Of a DNA stretch of 64,000 nt, positions 11,605-25,553 are shown in pieces. The translations under genes were made by a program, and so were the position numbers. The stretch covers positions 6,486,597 to 6,550,596 of the forward strand of contig NW_002060946.1 of NCBI RefSeq assembly GCF_000150275.1, given 5' to 3'. The notes beneath the pieces are model-generated. The model was given only the letters and a program-made list of their open reading frames with translations, did not search any database and was not told where the DNA came from. The DNA comes from Trichoplax adhaerens (lineage: Eukaryota; Animalia; Placozoa). The first letter of the stretch is position 1, and each line of letters opens with the position of its first letter.

Positions 11605-14600
11605 GCTAATCAATCTTGACTCAATTTCATTTTATTGCTAACTGATGCTACCATGTTTTACTATCAACCAATATCCTACCAATCATGTCAATAGATCATT
11701 TGTAATTTCACCTTGACATAAAATGCGCGTCCTAAATAATGTTTAACTCTTTTCTATTCCGTAATTCATATTTATAGTTATTATTAATGTCTGCAAATGT
11801 TATCTTTTTACCCCACTACTTATTCCTTCTCTAAATCGCTCGATGCATTCTAAGCTTTGGGTAGATGTTGATAATGCTGATTCAACGATTTAACGTTTAA
11901 ACGATTAATGAATGTAGCTAAAATATGATATGATTCATTGATCAATCAATGAACAACCAATTATTCTCGATCCTTACCGTCCCGATAGTGAATTCTAGGC
12001 GCATTTTGTGACTTTATTTATTCTACTAAATAATTTTAACAAGACGTTCCATGTTTACTTGTAAATTGAATAGAATAGCAAATCACCTAATCTAATGTTG
12101 TTATAGTCTTTGCTGGCTAAAGTAACTGATAATTACTCATAAAATAGGGAGAATAATATTTCAGTTGAATAAGACAGCTTCATATTACTTAACAAAGTGT
12201 AAAAAATGATTAAAAAAATGATTAAATGGAAACATGGCACTGCAGTATAAGTTCAGCACAAATTTCAATTTAATACTAGGGACATCAATATCAAGAGTAA
12301 TTAAATTGACGATTAGACCCCACTAGCAGCCGTACAAACATTTTTTCTTCACATTTTTTTCTCAGTTAATCAACATTAAACTAATTTTACATAAAGAATG
12401 ATGTATCACATATAATGCCATTTTGGTGAATTAGTCAAGCTACCATAGATATCATTACTATAACGCTTCCTATTCAGTCTAGTTAATTTAAAAACGGCAG
12501 TAAGCAATTTTTTCTTATTTTTCTTTTTTTTCATGTATGTCTGGTATCTTATGATTTGCCACGATGCATTCAATCTATTTGATCAAATTTTAGTTGGCAA
12601 TCAATTAATAGACATTATTGTGACAATAATAAAGTCCATAAATTTGTCAAGACTGAATATCGAGAGTGCGCAGCAAGATGAAATCGATTAATGAACGATA
12701 TTAATTCCTATCATTTCTTTTCCATCGATGAATTTTAATAGGTATCTTGATCACTTTTCAAGAGCATGAAGTCTTCTTATATAAATATCAAATTTAATAA
12801 ACAGAATAACCTACAAAATGGTTTCTATAACACAGTAGAAAGTTGATGATATAATTTCCTTTGTGTACCGGTACTTTCTTATTAAACTAGTAATTCGTTC
12901 ATGCAAAATTGTTGCTACCAGTGTAATCTGTAGAACCCAATCGGTTTTAATTTATTGTAAGTTTACCAATATTTTCCGGTTATTTATCTGTTCCAATTAT
13001 GCCATCGAAATCTGTGAATATTCTCTACAATTTTTCTTTGTTAAGACTAGCAAATCATTCAAAGCCGATATTAATTAACCACCAAAAACTAGAAATTCTA
13101 AATTGAATACGTTTCATAAAAAGAAAATCATCCAATTTATACCAAAACGAATAGATCAACAAAGCACTATTATTATACATTAGTAATATAAATACTTTTA
13201 TCATTATCAATAAAATTCTTTGGTATTGTCGGAGCAAAACGTCGGAAGTTTATAACTACTTGAAATGTAATCATATTTAGGGAATTGCACTCAAAACGCA
13301 AGTCATGTCGGAAGTAGTATATTATTCCCTGTTAGGACTAATTTTAAATGAGGCTTTTGGAAACTATATCGTAGCCTACATGTGTATGTATATAAGATGC
13401 CTCTAATTAATATTTTTTGGAGTAATATCGAGATTAGACTAAGATTTTACCATCGTTGCAGTTCGAAATTGTACTAGGATTCACTTTGTAAATGTAGTGA
13501 ATCGATATCGGCTATTGGTAAATTTAAAAGGGTTTAAGTTAATCATTGTTCTTAATTAATTATCCTTTACCTATGTTGTACCTTTGTTAGTAATTGATTA
13601 AAACAAAATAGTGTAATCTCAAAGTATCATGTGCCGAAGTCATGCGTGCTACTACATACTGATATCGCCAAATCTAAAAATCTTGAAAATAGTTTATCGA
13701 TCAAAAGACCGAAAGAGAATTAAATTTCTTTATTATTTCATATAAGAGTAGTGATTGATAAATTAACCGAGAGTTTAGGTAATTAGACTAATCATTTTAG
13801 AGGTCCTGCTACAATATTCTGTAATAACTTTATATTAAGCATAAATTTAAGATGTTTTTATACTTTTAAATATTCATGAACTTTCCACGCCTAAAAAAAT
13901 ATAACGATATCATTATGCTGTAGTTTTATCATCCTTGATGTTGCAAAACAGGGAATACGAACATTTCATGCACAACAAGCTTAAAATTAATTTTGAAATG
14001 TTGACTTGTTATGAAATCTATTTCATAAATTCTTCGTATATATCTCGAAAAAAAATCACTGGTTAACCGTAAGCAGTTGATGGTTTCTCAAGTTGATCTG
14101 ATTTTAATTTCCCAATGTAAAGGGCAAAAATCATATAAAGCACGATAAGTCGCGATCAAAAAATAGAATAAAGAATAAAAATTATTATTTAACGTCAATT
14201 CAAATCGATAATAAAAATAAAATTTAACCATTTTTAAAATTTCTAGAGACTGTGCGCACATATCAGTACTACTAGACAATTACTGCATCCCAAATAAGAG
14301 ACGTAATTTTTAGTTTAGCATTACTATTCTAATAGTATTAGTTACATCAATGTATGATCATGAGAGAACATAACTTAATACTAAATCTTTCTATATTTTT
14401 GCTGCAGCCTTAAACATCAATGTTGAATATGTTTCAGCAAATTTTCAACCTACGTTTACATATGTAAATTTCTTCGCTACATATCCATTTCAATAGGTAT
14501 ACTTGATCGATTCCAGTGATAACTGTAATCTAGAGTAAATAGCAACACAATTCTCTATATTAAAATGATGCCGATATCAATACAGCAATTTAACACTCAC

Positions 14601-15777
14601 TGTTAACGCGTTTATTCGCTCGTATATTCATTGTAGCTACCAGATTTAGATATTGATAGCGACTTAATGGCAAAGAATACGAATAATATCTGCATTAGTA
14701 CAATAATGAGGGCAAATATTGCAAGACTTGTTTGTAAGAGTAATCAGTTTACCAGGATGCTCATCGCGGGAAGGCTTTGGTTATACTAGTGAAGCATATT
14801 AAGCGATAATAAATTAATTAGTTTCGCTTTATCTACGTAAACAATATTAATCTTAGTTTCAATTTTTTCGGCTATACCATATTATCTACCTAGAATAATT
14901 TATTCTGTAATTTTAAATGCTCCGTACTGTATTTCGTTCTCTATTGCTTCATAGGATTGATCGTCTTGATAATTTAGGATAAGAGATACAATATGTTTCT
15001 GGTCGTAACTGACTTAATAACGAACATAAACCTTTTAATTTGTTGGTATAAATTATTTTCTGACTCTTAGCATTTTGTAGGTAACTGATGTGAAAGCTAC
15101 CTAAAAATACGATCTGCAATTAAATTTTAAAAGTGTTGCAATAATATAGTAAGCAGCTATACATATATGTTGAATATTGCTGGAAGCCATAATCACCCCT
15201 AAGTTTTATACCTCACAATCTCTTATTTAGATCAGCTTCCCTCACATAAATTTAAACCTCTCGTTCAGCTAGTATTTCGATGTCATATATAGCAAGTATT
15301 AGTCTGCTACAGTAGTAGTACAATAGAATACATTTAAGTAAAGACCATAAAATTGTGGACTTCATAAAATAGATCAAACTCATGATATCAAGTTAAAAGA
15401 TGGTAAATTAAGTGCTAGTAGAAGAATATTGAAGCATAACAGACATTTAACACATCCAGAATTTTACACAGCTAAATCCGTACATTCAATAAATTTGTTC
15501 TTAGTTGCAATACCTACTTTCCATATTGTGAAAAATAAATATTGTCAGTCTAGCCTTTTGCTTTGACTTGACAATAATCTGAATATAAATTTTAACGCTA
15601 TTCGTATTATAACTGACTCTAGTATATGAATTTCTATTCTATAATGCCGAAATAATTAGAACGCTTTCGTGATTGCATCTTATTTAACTTAACTAATTTT
15701 TCCATGTCATCTTATTAAATGATTTAGCGCAATTGTCACAATCAGCGATAAATGAAATGCAAGCTCTTTACCTGCAG

Positions 15778-17264
15778 ATGTCTTACAGCGCGATATGAAT
15801 CAAAATAGCGAAGAAACTGTAGCCCACTATCAACGATCGATTGATAGCCCACTCTCTTTCCCCGGTAGTGTAGAATATCCAGAAGTACTTGATTCACCTG
15901 ATCGTTATAGAACTGAAATCTGTGATAATAGCAAAAGATCTTCAAATCCTACAATAATAGGACAAAGCCCTAATTCTAGTCCAATAATTTCAATAGCACC
16001 TTCGTTTAATCGTAACCATCGTATAAGAAAATCGGAACAATTCGATCATCCGGATGAACGTCCAGAGTTAACAGAACCTAATGATACCTTACAATCACCA
16101 ATTTTACAAGATACAAAAAGTCATGATTCACAAAATCAAAATGAACAGGATATATGCAAAGATTCATTTAGTGCTGCGACTCCAAAATGTAATTCATCTT
16201 ATTCTGAAACTACCAAAAATGGAAATACTAATCGAGTTGACAAACTAAAATTTGACTCAGTCTTTTCACGGACGGATTCATTGATTACCGCAGCAGATAG
16301 TGATCATCCAAGTAGCCCAACTACTAATCCATTGATGTCTCCCTCTCTTAAAATGAGCTCGAATCAAGTTGCTATGTTTGAGGCTAAACCGTATGTACCC
16401 AAACAGAAGATCACTAGAACCAATTCTAAACGGTTAGTTTATCCAGACAATTAATCGTAATTACAAATAATGTGCAGAATGTTAGTGGCTTAGCGTTACC
16501 AGTTAATCTATATAAATATACATGTCGTAATCTGAAATCATCTAGTAACTGCTGAGAAAGTTAATAATCAGTGCTAGATCAGGCTATAGATTATGAACTA
16601 ACTGCTAAATATTAGAACTACATTCTTCCTGATCATATAACATAGTTGATTTCAATATGGCAAATGAATATGAAGATATCGTGTTTAGCACATTGTTAGA
16701 GTCCGTTCGATAAAACGTTAAAATATTTCTAGCTGACCTGCCTGTATTCTGTCTTGCAAATTGGCATTCGCTTACGATATAATTGCTAAAATTGACCCAC
16801 AAAAAGAGAAATAAGGGTTAAGTAGTTAAACCCTATTTCAAAATCTACTTGGAACTCTGATATTATACAAATTTTTTGACTGCAGTAGCCATAAGTAAAT
16901 ATTTTTAATTATTCAGTATGCTGGAATATTTCATATGACAAGCTCTAGTAGCTCTCATAAATATAATCGCCTACATATTGAATAAATATGCTTAAATACG
17001 TATGTATAAAAATTCTCTCCTTTAAATATTTTAGTTCGGCGAAAGTCAATCATTGCTTACATTTCCTTATTTGTTGCATCTTCCCTTTGTGGTTATTTGT
17101 ATGGATCTATTTGGTAAGTGTTCGCTCAACTGTCAATATTTCAATTTTAGTATTTAATGTCATTAGCTGATGCCGTATATTTTGAACACTGTCAAATTTC
17201 CATATAGATATTAAGTTACGAGCCAAGTCAGAAATACACTGAAAAAGATGAGTATGTCTGCTGA
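15778..17264 (+). CDS. Unknown Ser/Pro-rich protein with a C-terminal membrane segment; exons 15778-16432, 17035-17113, 17208-17264; 5' end uncertain (ATG 15795 or upstream exons)
   Basis: A 219-aa ORF is joined in frame by GT-AG introns (phase 2, then phase 0) to RSAKVNHCLHFLICCIFPLWLFVWIYL-ILSYEPSQKYTEKDEYVC*. The acceptor ctgcag at 15777 implies an upstream exon. Confidence 0.75.
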
Positions 17265-18312
17265 TTTGGAAAGAATCCTACAAAATGTTTGCCTTTCTCA
17301 ACTCTAACGGGAGATGTACAAATAAGAGTAACGAAAATAAATTCAAGATCTAGTCGTATATATTAATGCAGTCCCACCCTCCAAAAGAACAAAATATAAA
17401 GCGATACACTTCAGATTTGCCCTTATAAAATAACAAGTTATTTTATGTATTAATTCTTAAAATGAAATTTTGGTTTACTTGCAAATTTATAATTTCCTCT
17501 ACCGTATTGTTCTTTTTTTGTGACAAGTACTGTAAATTTAATTAATTGTACTTGTATCTTTGACAATCCCGGCATGTTTAAAATGTTTAGAATACATTCT
17601 ATTACCTAGTTTGCTGTTATGATTATACTGTAGACAACTTCACATAGCTTTACGCAAACTTCACCGTTAGCAAGATTGAAATTTTTTGCGTCGATATTTA
17701 TATAAGCAGTTAGTAAACTAGTGATCAAACAATTCTAACGCATGAAGCTTTTCTTGCTCTATTTGAAGGTATTTACAACATTAACTTCTAGCTTATCCTG
17801 TAATTCTACTATAATGAATTTCTTTGTCATTTGTTTTGCAAATCAAGAGTGATTTCCAAGCACACCTTTCAATATATTAGGTAGTTTTTCCAAATTTATT
17901 ACACAATATCATGTATAAAGTCATCCTACGCATTTTATGATTGTCTGGTTGCTATTCAGATTCATTTAGCAAGTGGATGTTATCAAGTATATGCCATTTT
18001 ACAACAATTTGTGTACAGGAACAAATGTATATTTAAAATAACGGAGTAAAACCAATAAGGGAAAGTAATCCAACAACTACTAAATATAAAACATCAATAA
18101 TAAACATGAATTTTACCGTGTCCTAGATACAGTTATCAAGGAAGTATTTATTAGGATACAATTATTAACTAATCAATAACCATTAACTTCATGGCAAAAT
18201 GCTAATGGAAAGAGCGATAGTACCATATTAGCAACAGAAGGGATGGAATCATTTATGCATATCCCCTATTTTGCAAGAAATTATCAGAAACATAATGATG
18301 CACTGGATTAGT

Positions 18313-20288
18313 TTACAATCTGCACATACTGTATGAACTAAAAAAAATAGTAGCTTGAACGTCTATTATACATACTTTACATATTCGGCAATATCCCAAT
18401 TGGTCGAGATAGGTTTAGGTGAAGTTACTTGACAACCATCCTTCGTTATAATTGCTACTTCGTACTAAAAATTTAGAAAAGTGTCGAATGTTATAATTAT
18501 ATCCTTAGATATTAAGACGTAGGATTTCGAAAATGCCTTCATATAGAATAAGTTGCAACATAATGTTTCCAGGCCGCACTCACTTGATTCCCAGATCTCC
18601 CATCTCGGTACAACAATACCCTCATACATCTTTCAATAGCTGATAAAGCTTGTTCTTCAGTGAAGTTATTATTGTTTGATTCATACGACTGGCGCAATAA
18701 TGGCTACAGAATCCAAGTTTAAAACATAACTTAATCAATTTGACATATTTTGATTTGTATCAAGTAATTAGTTGCTAAGCAAGTACTTTCTGTAACTAAC
18801 CTGAGCAATATAACTTCCATAACCGGTGGCAATCGTTGGAGCTTGATAAGCAACACCTAGTTTATCAACGTATCCTAAATAACTATGTACATTTATTACA
18901 AATAACAGATGTAAGAAATTTGGAGGAAAAATACGCTTAAGTAAAGAAGAGTAACTGATAGTATACAGTGTTATCCAAAGGCCTTACACAACATATAACG
19001 CAATATAGAATACACATTTAATAGCACGATGACGTATGTTCATATTCATGATATCGATCATCAGCATACCTTCCTTCATTTTCATCATAGCCACCAACTA
19101 TAATGTTATTCCATAATGGATTAATTTTAGTCCTCCTAAATACAGCATAAATATTTATTATGAAAATGAATGTTGATTAATAGCATCATTCCAATGCATG
19201 ACCATGTAAGAGAATTACGTCAATAAGAATAATTCGAACCAATCGCAACTAACCTATTATACAAAATGCGAGTTAACCAAGTATGAATGGCTACTGGTGA
19301 GTAACAATAATTATCATTTAAACATTTTCCGTCTAGCCTATAGATGAATAGTAAAATTATGAACATAACGACGTTGGGATTATTAGCCATAGATAGTATT
19401 AGTCAAGCTACTTTGATACCTTGAATAAGATTTAGCTATGACAGCGTTAACGCCTTAACAACTAGTAGACTTACACTTTTTGATTGATTATGTCTCGTAT
19501 AAATTGAAAATCAGCATAATCTCCTGATGCTCCAATAGCAACTTTTTCATTGACTTTCAATAACCGACTAATATCACGAAATCGAGCCAAAGATCCATAA
19601 GACCCTAAATTAAAAGATCAATTGTAAATGATTATGATCTGATAAGAGATGAATGATTATCCATGGCGAATCATTGAAATAATAAGCATGGGCCATTTTC
19701 ACCCATCTTGTAGCTATTACTCTGTAGACAAGACATGATTCAATATCATGACTCCAATTCTAATTGTAATTATTTTACGTTTGGATGAAAGGCTTTCATC
19801 TATCGCCTGTATCCTCGTGTTTGAATAATACCTAATGTATCAGCAGCAATAACGACACCACCAGTAAAAGTGACACCAAGAACTGAAGTACCCGTAACGA
19901 TTGGCTGCCTAAGATATGGATAAAAACATTTTACTTTTAAGTTCTTTTAGAATGGAGAGAGTGGCTGATCATTTTTAAACCAGCTCGAATTTTGAATACG
20001 TCATAATGATTGTCCAATACTAGAGTATGATACACGACAGTCGAAAGGTATGAAAGTTTACAATGGAGGACAAGTAAGAACCAACACGCAAGCAACGATG
20101 CCTGCGTTTGTGTCAGAAAATACGACGATGATAGACGATCAATACGAATTATTGAGCAATACTTACTGAGTGTATGTTCGAGGTAATTGGCTTGAAGCTA
20201 AATTGGTGCCAGGAGTGTTATAGAACTGACCGGGAGAAGGGCCATTTTGCCAAAAAGGAGCAGCAGAGAATTGGCCGCCGTCCGCCAT
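18313..20288 (-). CDS. PSMB4: 20S proteasome subunit beta type-4 (beta7), ~9 exons; last micro-exon tentative
   Basis: Spliced translation: [17 protein letters not shown]..; [39 protein letters not shown]; [10 protein letters not shown]; [24 protein letters not shown]; [26 protein letters not shown]; CMRVLLYRD; STNWDIAE. Confidence 0.95.
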
Positions 20289-20329
20289 GACTAAACAAAT
20301 TGTGATCAACGTCGAACGCTACGCGATAC

Positions 20330-20890
20330 AGTACGGTACAGTACCATACACTTTGTGCAGTGTACTGTACACTGTACACTGTACAGTTCTGTAGTGGTAA
20401 AGAAGAAAATACCGGACATGTGGACAGTCGGACGCGGATTATTATCACCTTTATGGACAGATGGACGAACCATACAGTACTGTAGAAGAAAACGTTTTTA
20501 TTACGGACTACAGTATACAGTACACTGTGCACTGTAGCGCGACCATGGGGACACAGGCATACTGTACTACACTACTGTAGTGGTAAAGAAGAAAACACCG
20601 GACACATGGACAGCCGAACACGGATTATTATCACCGTTGTGGACAGATGGACATACCATACAGTACAGTATAAGAAAACGTTTTTACTACGGACTGTATA
20701 CTGTACACTGTAGCGTCGACCATTGTTGGACACAGGCATACTGTACAGTACTGTAGTGGTAAAGAGAAAAACACCTTTATGGACAGATGGATAGATGGTT
20801 ACGGCTTATTGGTGATTCCTGGTTGTTGACTTGGGTTAGAATCCGTTGCTACTGCCCTGTTATTTGACGTACAGTACTGTACTGTACTGG
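20330..20890. promoter_or_regulatory. PSMB4 upstream region: GTAC-core arrays interleaved with ~2.3 copies of a 176-186 bp unit
   Basis: ctgtagtggtaaag at 20389, 20575 and 20751; many actgtac/tacagt words; begins ~40 bp upstream of the PSMB4 ATG. Confidence 0.7.
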
Positions 20891-21162
20891 CAGCCAACAC
20901 TGCTGTAGATCGTTCCAATTTTGAACTTGATGTTGACAATTCGATGCTGAAACATCTTCAACGATGGTATTTACTGCATAGAACTCCATATGCCAAAATG
21001 CCAGCTAATTTTAAAAATCTGGATAACTAGCTGTAATTTTACTGATGAGTTCGACCTGAGTCAATACCATCGTTGGAGACGTTTCACCATCGAATTCTCA
21101 ACATGAAATTTAAATCAGTACTGCACGTCTGTACCCAATTATGGACATCGACATACTGTACT

Positions 21163-21274
21163 GGGACTTACTCGACGAAAAATTCTCCACTCAAAGCCGC
21201 AACTAAACAATTTTCCCCTATAGTTAAAATAGGTTACGGCTTTGAGTGGAGAATTTTTAGTGGAGTAGGCCCTG
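21163..21274. mobile_element. Fold-back (MITE-like) element with a perfect 22-bp inverted repeat
   Basis: aaaaattctccactcaaagccg (21178-21199) pairs with cggctttgagtggagaattttt (21237-21258). Outer imperfect arms are gggactttactc / gagtaggccc. No clear target-site duplication. Confidence 0.5.
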
Positions 21275-23387
21275 ATAAAGAAAAATCTTTTACTTTTATA
21301 TGTCTATGGTTATGGACGTCAAGATACATCTGGACCGAGGTAAAAGCAGAAATTCTACAGTTTGATAGATGTTTGACTCGGACGGTCGGACATTTCTGCC
21401 TCATCTCCTATCGATCGAAATTACTGGAAGTAATATGACGTACATTGAATTGAAATCTATTCTATTTTACCAAGTTTTTACTCGAAAGCAGGTATACAAG
21501 GTCATTGATGATTTTCAATTCGTAGAAATGATTTGAAGATAAATAGACGCTGAAGATTCATGCTGAGCAACTGATTTTTCGGTATTTCGGTCTAGTTCAG
21601 GTGTATCTACAGAAGTAGTCCATGACCTACTAGTTTAGTGTGTACGACTGACGGTATACAGTAGTACAGTCCATTTTCAAAAAATTTTCTAAGTTAAAAT
21701 ACATTTTTCAATATCTTCGTGAATTGTAACAGCTATTCAAGCCTGAATCTCGATTATCCTTTTAATCACTCAGTATAATGTACTAGAAATTATCCATATC
21801 AACCATCATGACTACTGGACTCAATTCGTAGTCTATAACACTTAGATGTAAAAAATAGAGTCAGCTGATGCTAAGTCTACGGACATCAAAGGCACTGAAC
21901 TTCTAATTATCGGATACGGATAGTTAAAATTATACTGCAATAACGGGCATTGACTAGTCGCTGTAGCTTAAGCTAATGACTTGTCCGATAACTTGGTCAA
22001 TAACTGCGAACTGATAATACTCATTAACCGCTTCGATCAACGATTTAGGTAATCAACTCTGATCGAATTAACATCAATAGAGAGATAAAATAAATACATA
22101 ATACAAAAGCCATTGGTAGTAGAGATAGCTAGTAGTAGAATGAACGAATTGATTATAATTTCTAGTAAGGTTATTTAAACAGGCCTTGAAATAATTTCGA
22201 ACTGAACTTGTGAAATCCTCTTCATGATAACATTTTTGTTGGTTAAACTTTATCGTTAGCTTCAGTTAGTCCATCTCTAACGGCCTATTTAATCTACATT
22301 ATGGGGACAAAGTTTCATTCTAGTGTTTCTTCTTATTCATTATCAAGCTTTTGATCATACCAACATGATAGGATGACTACTACCGTATTCATGCTGATAG
22401 TAGCATTTCATCAATTTGATTATCATAAATCGCACATTGGATTAGGTGTACGAGTACGTGTTGGAATCTCTTCAGCATCCATTACTTTGACTTAATATTC
22501 TTCCAATGAATTATTACTGAATGTGTAATCTAGCCGGAATTAATTGAATCGACAAATTGTAATGATAACTTTATTTCTTATCCCCATAGCGCTTTGGGAA
22601 TAGGCTTTATGTGGATGTCTATATGATACATTACACGTCCATTTGAGAACTTCATTATCATAGTGATGAAGGAAAGATCAGAGGAGCTAAAGCGGCGCTT
22701 CCATTGAAATCAATGAAAGGTCTGTATCGCGTATTGTACATTAAGTTATCAACTTTTACTGCCAGGGTATGAGACATTATTACTCGAATAATTTTGCTCA
22801 ATTATTATGTAGTAGCTTAGCAAAGATTCGAAATATCCCTCTAAGAGTACATCATGCATCTATTGTTGTTCTTTCTATGCATCCATATAGACGCGTATAT
22901 CATGTAATATAGGCGTCGATCACTGTGTTGTCTATCGCCATATTACTTCATACATATATTAAAGCACATTCCAAGCCATTATAAAGTTAAAATTACTTTT
23001 TATTAGGCACAGCACCGTTAAGTAAACAATTCAGAAATGCTACACTAGACCAATTAGAATAATCTCACAAGATGTAATACGAATTAACCCATTCAAAATT
23101 GGTCGTAACGATCAACATAGTTAAGAAAGAGATCGTAAAATAAGGCCAATAAATGGTCGTAAATTCGCGTGATAATTGTCAGAAATAATATCCTTTTATT
23201 ACTGATAATACGTTAGCGACTAATCCTGGTCAAACGATAAATTCCGAGTATCAAGCATGATCGCTTCCTGTAGCCACTGCACTAAATTACAAAGATATAG
23301 AGATTAAATGAACTAGAACAAAGATATTTCATCGGCAGTTATCAATAGCTATTTTTACGCATTAAACCGATGGCATTACGCATTATT

Positions 23388-25481
23388 TTAAAAGTAATTG
23401 GGGAAAGTGGTGGTAAACCAAAATGTAGGCAACTGCAATGCTGCAAAGAAAAGTCTGACTTGTGCTTCTCCACCTGTACCCGGCAGTATATGTATTTTGC
23501 CTTCATCAATGAGCTGATTTCCAGGAGTACCTACAACCAACTCATCCAATGTAAAGCGAGACATAACAATAGCAGCTGTTTTCTCATCCGCTCCTGAGTG
23601 GGAAAGGACAGTATCTGAATTAAAAACTGAATTTTCCACATACCATTTCATGTAACTGCTACCGGGAATGTTAAAGTTGGAATTTCCCTTGCCGCTAGGA
23701 TTAAAGGTAGGAGTAATGGTGACATTAAAAGTATATTGAGCATCACTGACATTTTCTGGATTAAACAAAACCGATAAATAGTCACAAATCAATTCTAAGT
23801 TCATGGCTCTGACAGTCCTTAAATTAAATATAGGGTAAGTTCCTTGGCCCTGTGGTCCACCATTGCGAAGTTCTGAAGCACCTGTTAAGTAGAAACCTCG
23901 CCAAGCGCCCGATTCTGCTTGATAACCCATCTGATCGTAAGTATTAGCCAATAAGTTGATTGCTGATGTCCTAAGCTGTTCATCAGCTGCTGAAAGTGTT
24001 CCTTGGTCGTGAGCGCGATGGGTACCGTAAACAACGTTGTTCAATACCATAGCAACAGCACGATATTTGCCGTCATTATAATCTTGAGTAGCTATCGACA
24101 GAATATTTGCAAGTGATCCCATATATCGAAGATATTCTTCTGAAGCTCGAGCAGGTGGTAGTTGATGCATTGAAGCAGGATTAGCATCAAACCAGCCAAT
24201 GTAGCGTTGGTAAACGGCCTTGGAATTGTGCACGACTGTACCATATAAACCGCGATTACACCATTCATTTGCCAAAGAAGGTGGCAATTGAAGTGCTTCT
24301 GAAATTTCTTGCATAGTATAACCATTATTGGCTAATCGCATAGATTGATCATGGACATATTTGTAAAGATCTCTTTGTTTTTTGATCATGCTGGTGATAC
24401 GACCAGATTCAAAAGGCCCATTCTCGAAATGATTAATCCAAGTTGGCCAGTTATGAGATGCAAACATTGATTCAATGTTAGGAAAATAGCGAAGGACTTT
24501 ATTCAGACATTTGGACCACGTCAATGGATCACGCACTTTAGCTCCACGCGGAGTCAAAAGGTTATGGAAGGTATGCGTCATATCTTCACCTGAGCAAAAG
24601 GATCTCCACTGTGGAAAGTAGATCATCATTTCTGATGGAGCTTCCGTGTTTGGTGCATTTAAAAGCACGACTACGACACCATCAACGTTCATTGTTTTTA
24701 AATCGCCATCAAATTGGATTTCTTCAGCTGCATAGATACCGCCGCTACCACCACCACTTTGCTTACCGATGCCAACATCAACGTGATCTCGCTCGCCAAC
24801 GGGTAATAACTTACCACATTGGATCAAAGCACGACGAATCATGGCTGTGCCAGCAACAACATTTTCACTAACTGCTTCATGCAAGAAGTCTGGTGGAGCG
24901 TAGACAGGAAATGGTAAAGTATCTACGTTAGGATCTGGTACAAGACCATAAACTCCAGCAAAATGATCAGTATGAGAATGAGTAAAAAATACAGCTCTGA
25001 TGGGTGGATCTCCTTCTTGCTGGGTAACGTTTGGATAACGCTCTTTATAAGCTGCATTGAGATTTTTTAAAGCTTCTCTTGCTGTTTCTGTTGCAGTCAT
25101 CGGATCGATAATAATCCAGCCGTTATCGCTCTTAATTGCAGACATGTTAGCGATGTCATAACAGCGAACTTGGAAAACTTTGCCTGGAACTACTTCAAAT
25201 ACTCCCGATACAGCATTCAGTAATGCTACTCTCCACAGACTAGGATTACAGGAGTCTGGACATGCCGGAAAGGTGTTATCGTCAAGTTGCTGTTGAAAAT
25301 CATACTGTGTCAAGTCCCATACCAGTTCGCCTGTACCATCTTTATAAACTTTACGTGGAAATAGTTCTTTAATCTTTCCACGTAGTGCATCAACGAAATC
25401 CTGCTTATTATGAAAGGGCAAGGTATTTGCCACTTCTTGGTTAGCAGCAATGGTATGTTCTGATGGTTCTGCTCTAGACAT
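23388..25481 (-). CDS. Alkyl sulfatase, metallo-beta-lactamase fold (SdsA1/YjcS/BDS1 family), intronless, ~697 aa from the first ATG
   Basis: Motifs NPSLWR, QVRCYDIANM, GWIIIDP, THSHTDHFAG (HxHxDH), TEAPSEM, HNLLTPRGAKVRD, HNWPTW, RGLYGT..HNSKAVYQRYIGWFDANP and QMGYQAESGAWRGFYLTGASELRNG, followed by an SCP2-like C-terminus. The ORF track opens at TTG 25508; the first ATG is 25481. Confidence 0.93.
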   Translation of the reverse strand: MSRAEPSEHTIAANQEVANTLPFHNKQDFVDALRGKIKELFPRKVYKDGTGELVWDLTQYDFQQQLDDNTFPACPDSCNPSLWRVALLNAVSGVFEVVPGKVFQVRCYDIANMSAIKSDNGWIIIDPMTATETAREALKNLNAAYKERYPNVTQQEGDPPIRAVFFTHSHTDHFAGVYGLVPDPNVDTLPFPVYAPPDFLHEAVSENVVAGTAMIRRALIQCGKLLPVGERDHVDVGIGKQSGGGSGGIYAAEEIQFDGDLKTMNVDGVVVVLLNAPNTEAPSEMMIYFPQWRSFCSGEDMTHTFHNLLTPRGAKVRDPLTWSKCLNKVLRYFPNIESMFASHNWPTWINHFENGPFESGRITSMIKKQRDLYKYVHDQSMRLANNGYTMQEISEALQLPPSLANEWCNRGLYGTVVHNSKAVYQRYIGWFDANPASMHQLPPARASEEYLRYMGSLANILSIATQDYNDGKYRAVAMVLNNVVYGTHRAHDQGTLSAADEQLRTSAINLLANTYDQMGYQAESGAWRGFYLTGASELRNGGPQGQGTYPIFNLRTVRAMNLELICDYLSVLFNPENVSDAQYTFNVTITPTFNPSGKGNSNFNIPGSSYMKWYVENSVFNSDTVLSHSGADEKTAAIVMSRFTLDELVVGTPGNQLIDEGKIHILPGTGGEAQVRLFFAALQLPTFWFTTTFPNYF

Positions 25482-25553
25482 TTTGACGGTATCACAACAA
25501 TTCTTCAATCTGAAGGTAGCAATGTGTGCGGCGAATGATCGAAAATGATCGCC

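Noticed and set aside
18771-18783. X-box-like GTTGCTAAGCAAG
   Set aside because: It is imperfect and inside a PSMB4 intron; it shows that such words can arise by chance.
25482-25508. TTG start of the 706-aa sulfatase ORF
   Set aside because: This start comes from bacterial-style ORF calling. In a eukaryote the ATG at 25481 (caaaATG context, downstream of the TATA box) is more plausible.
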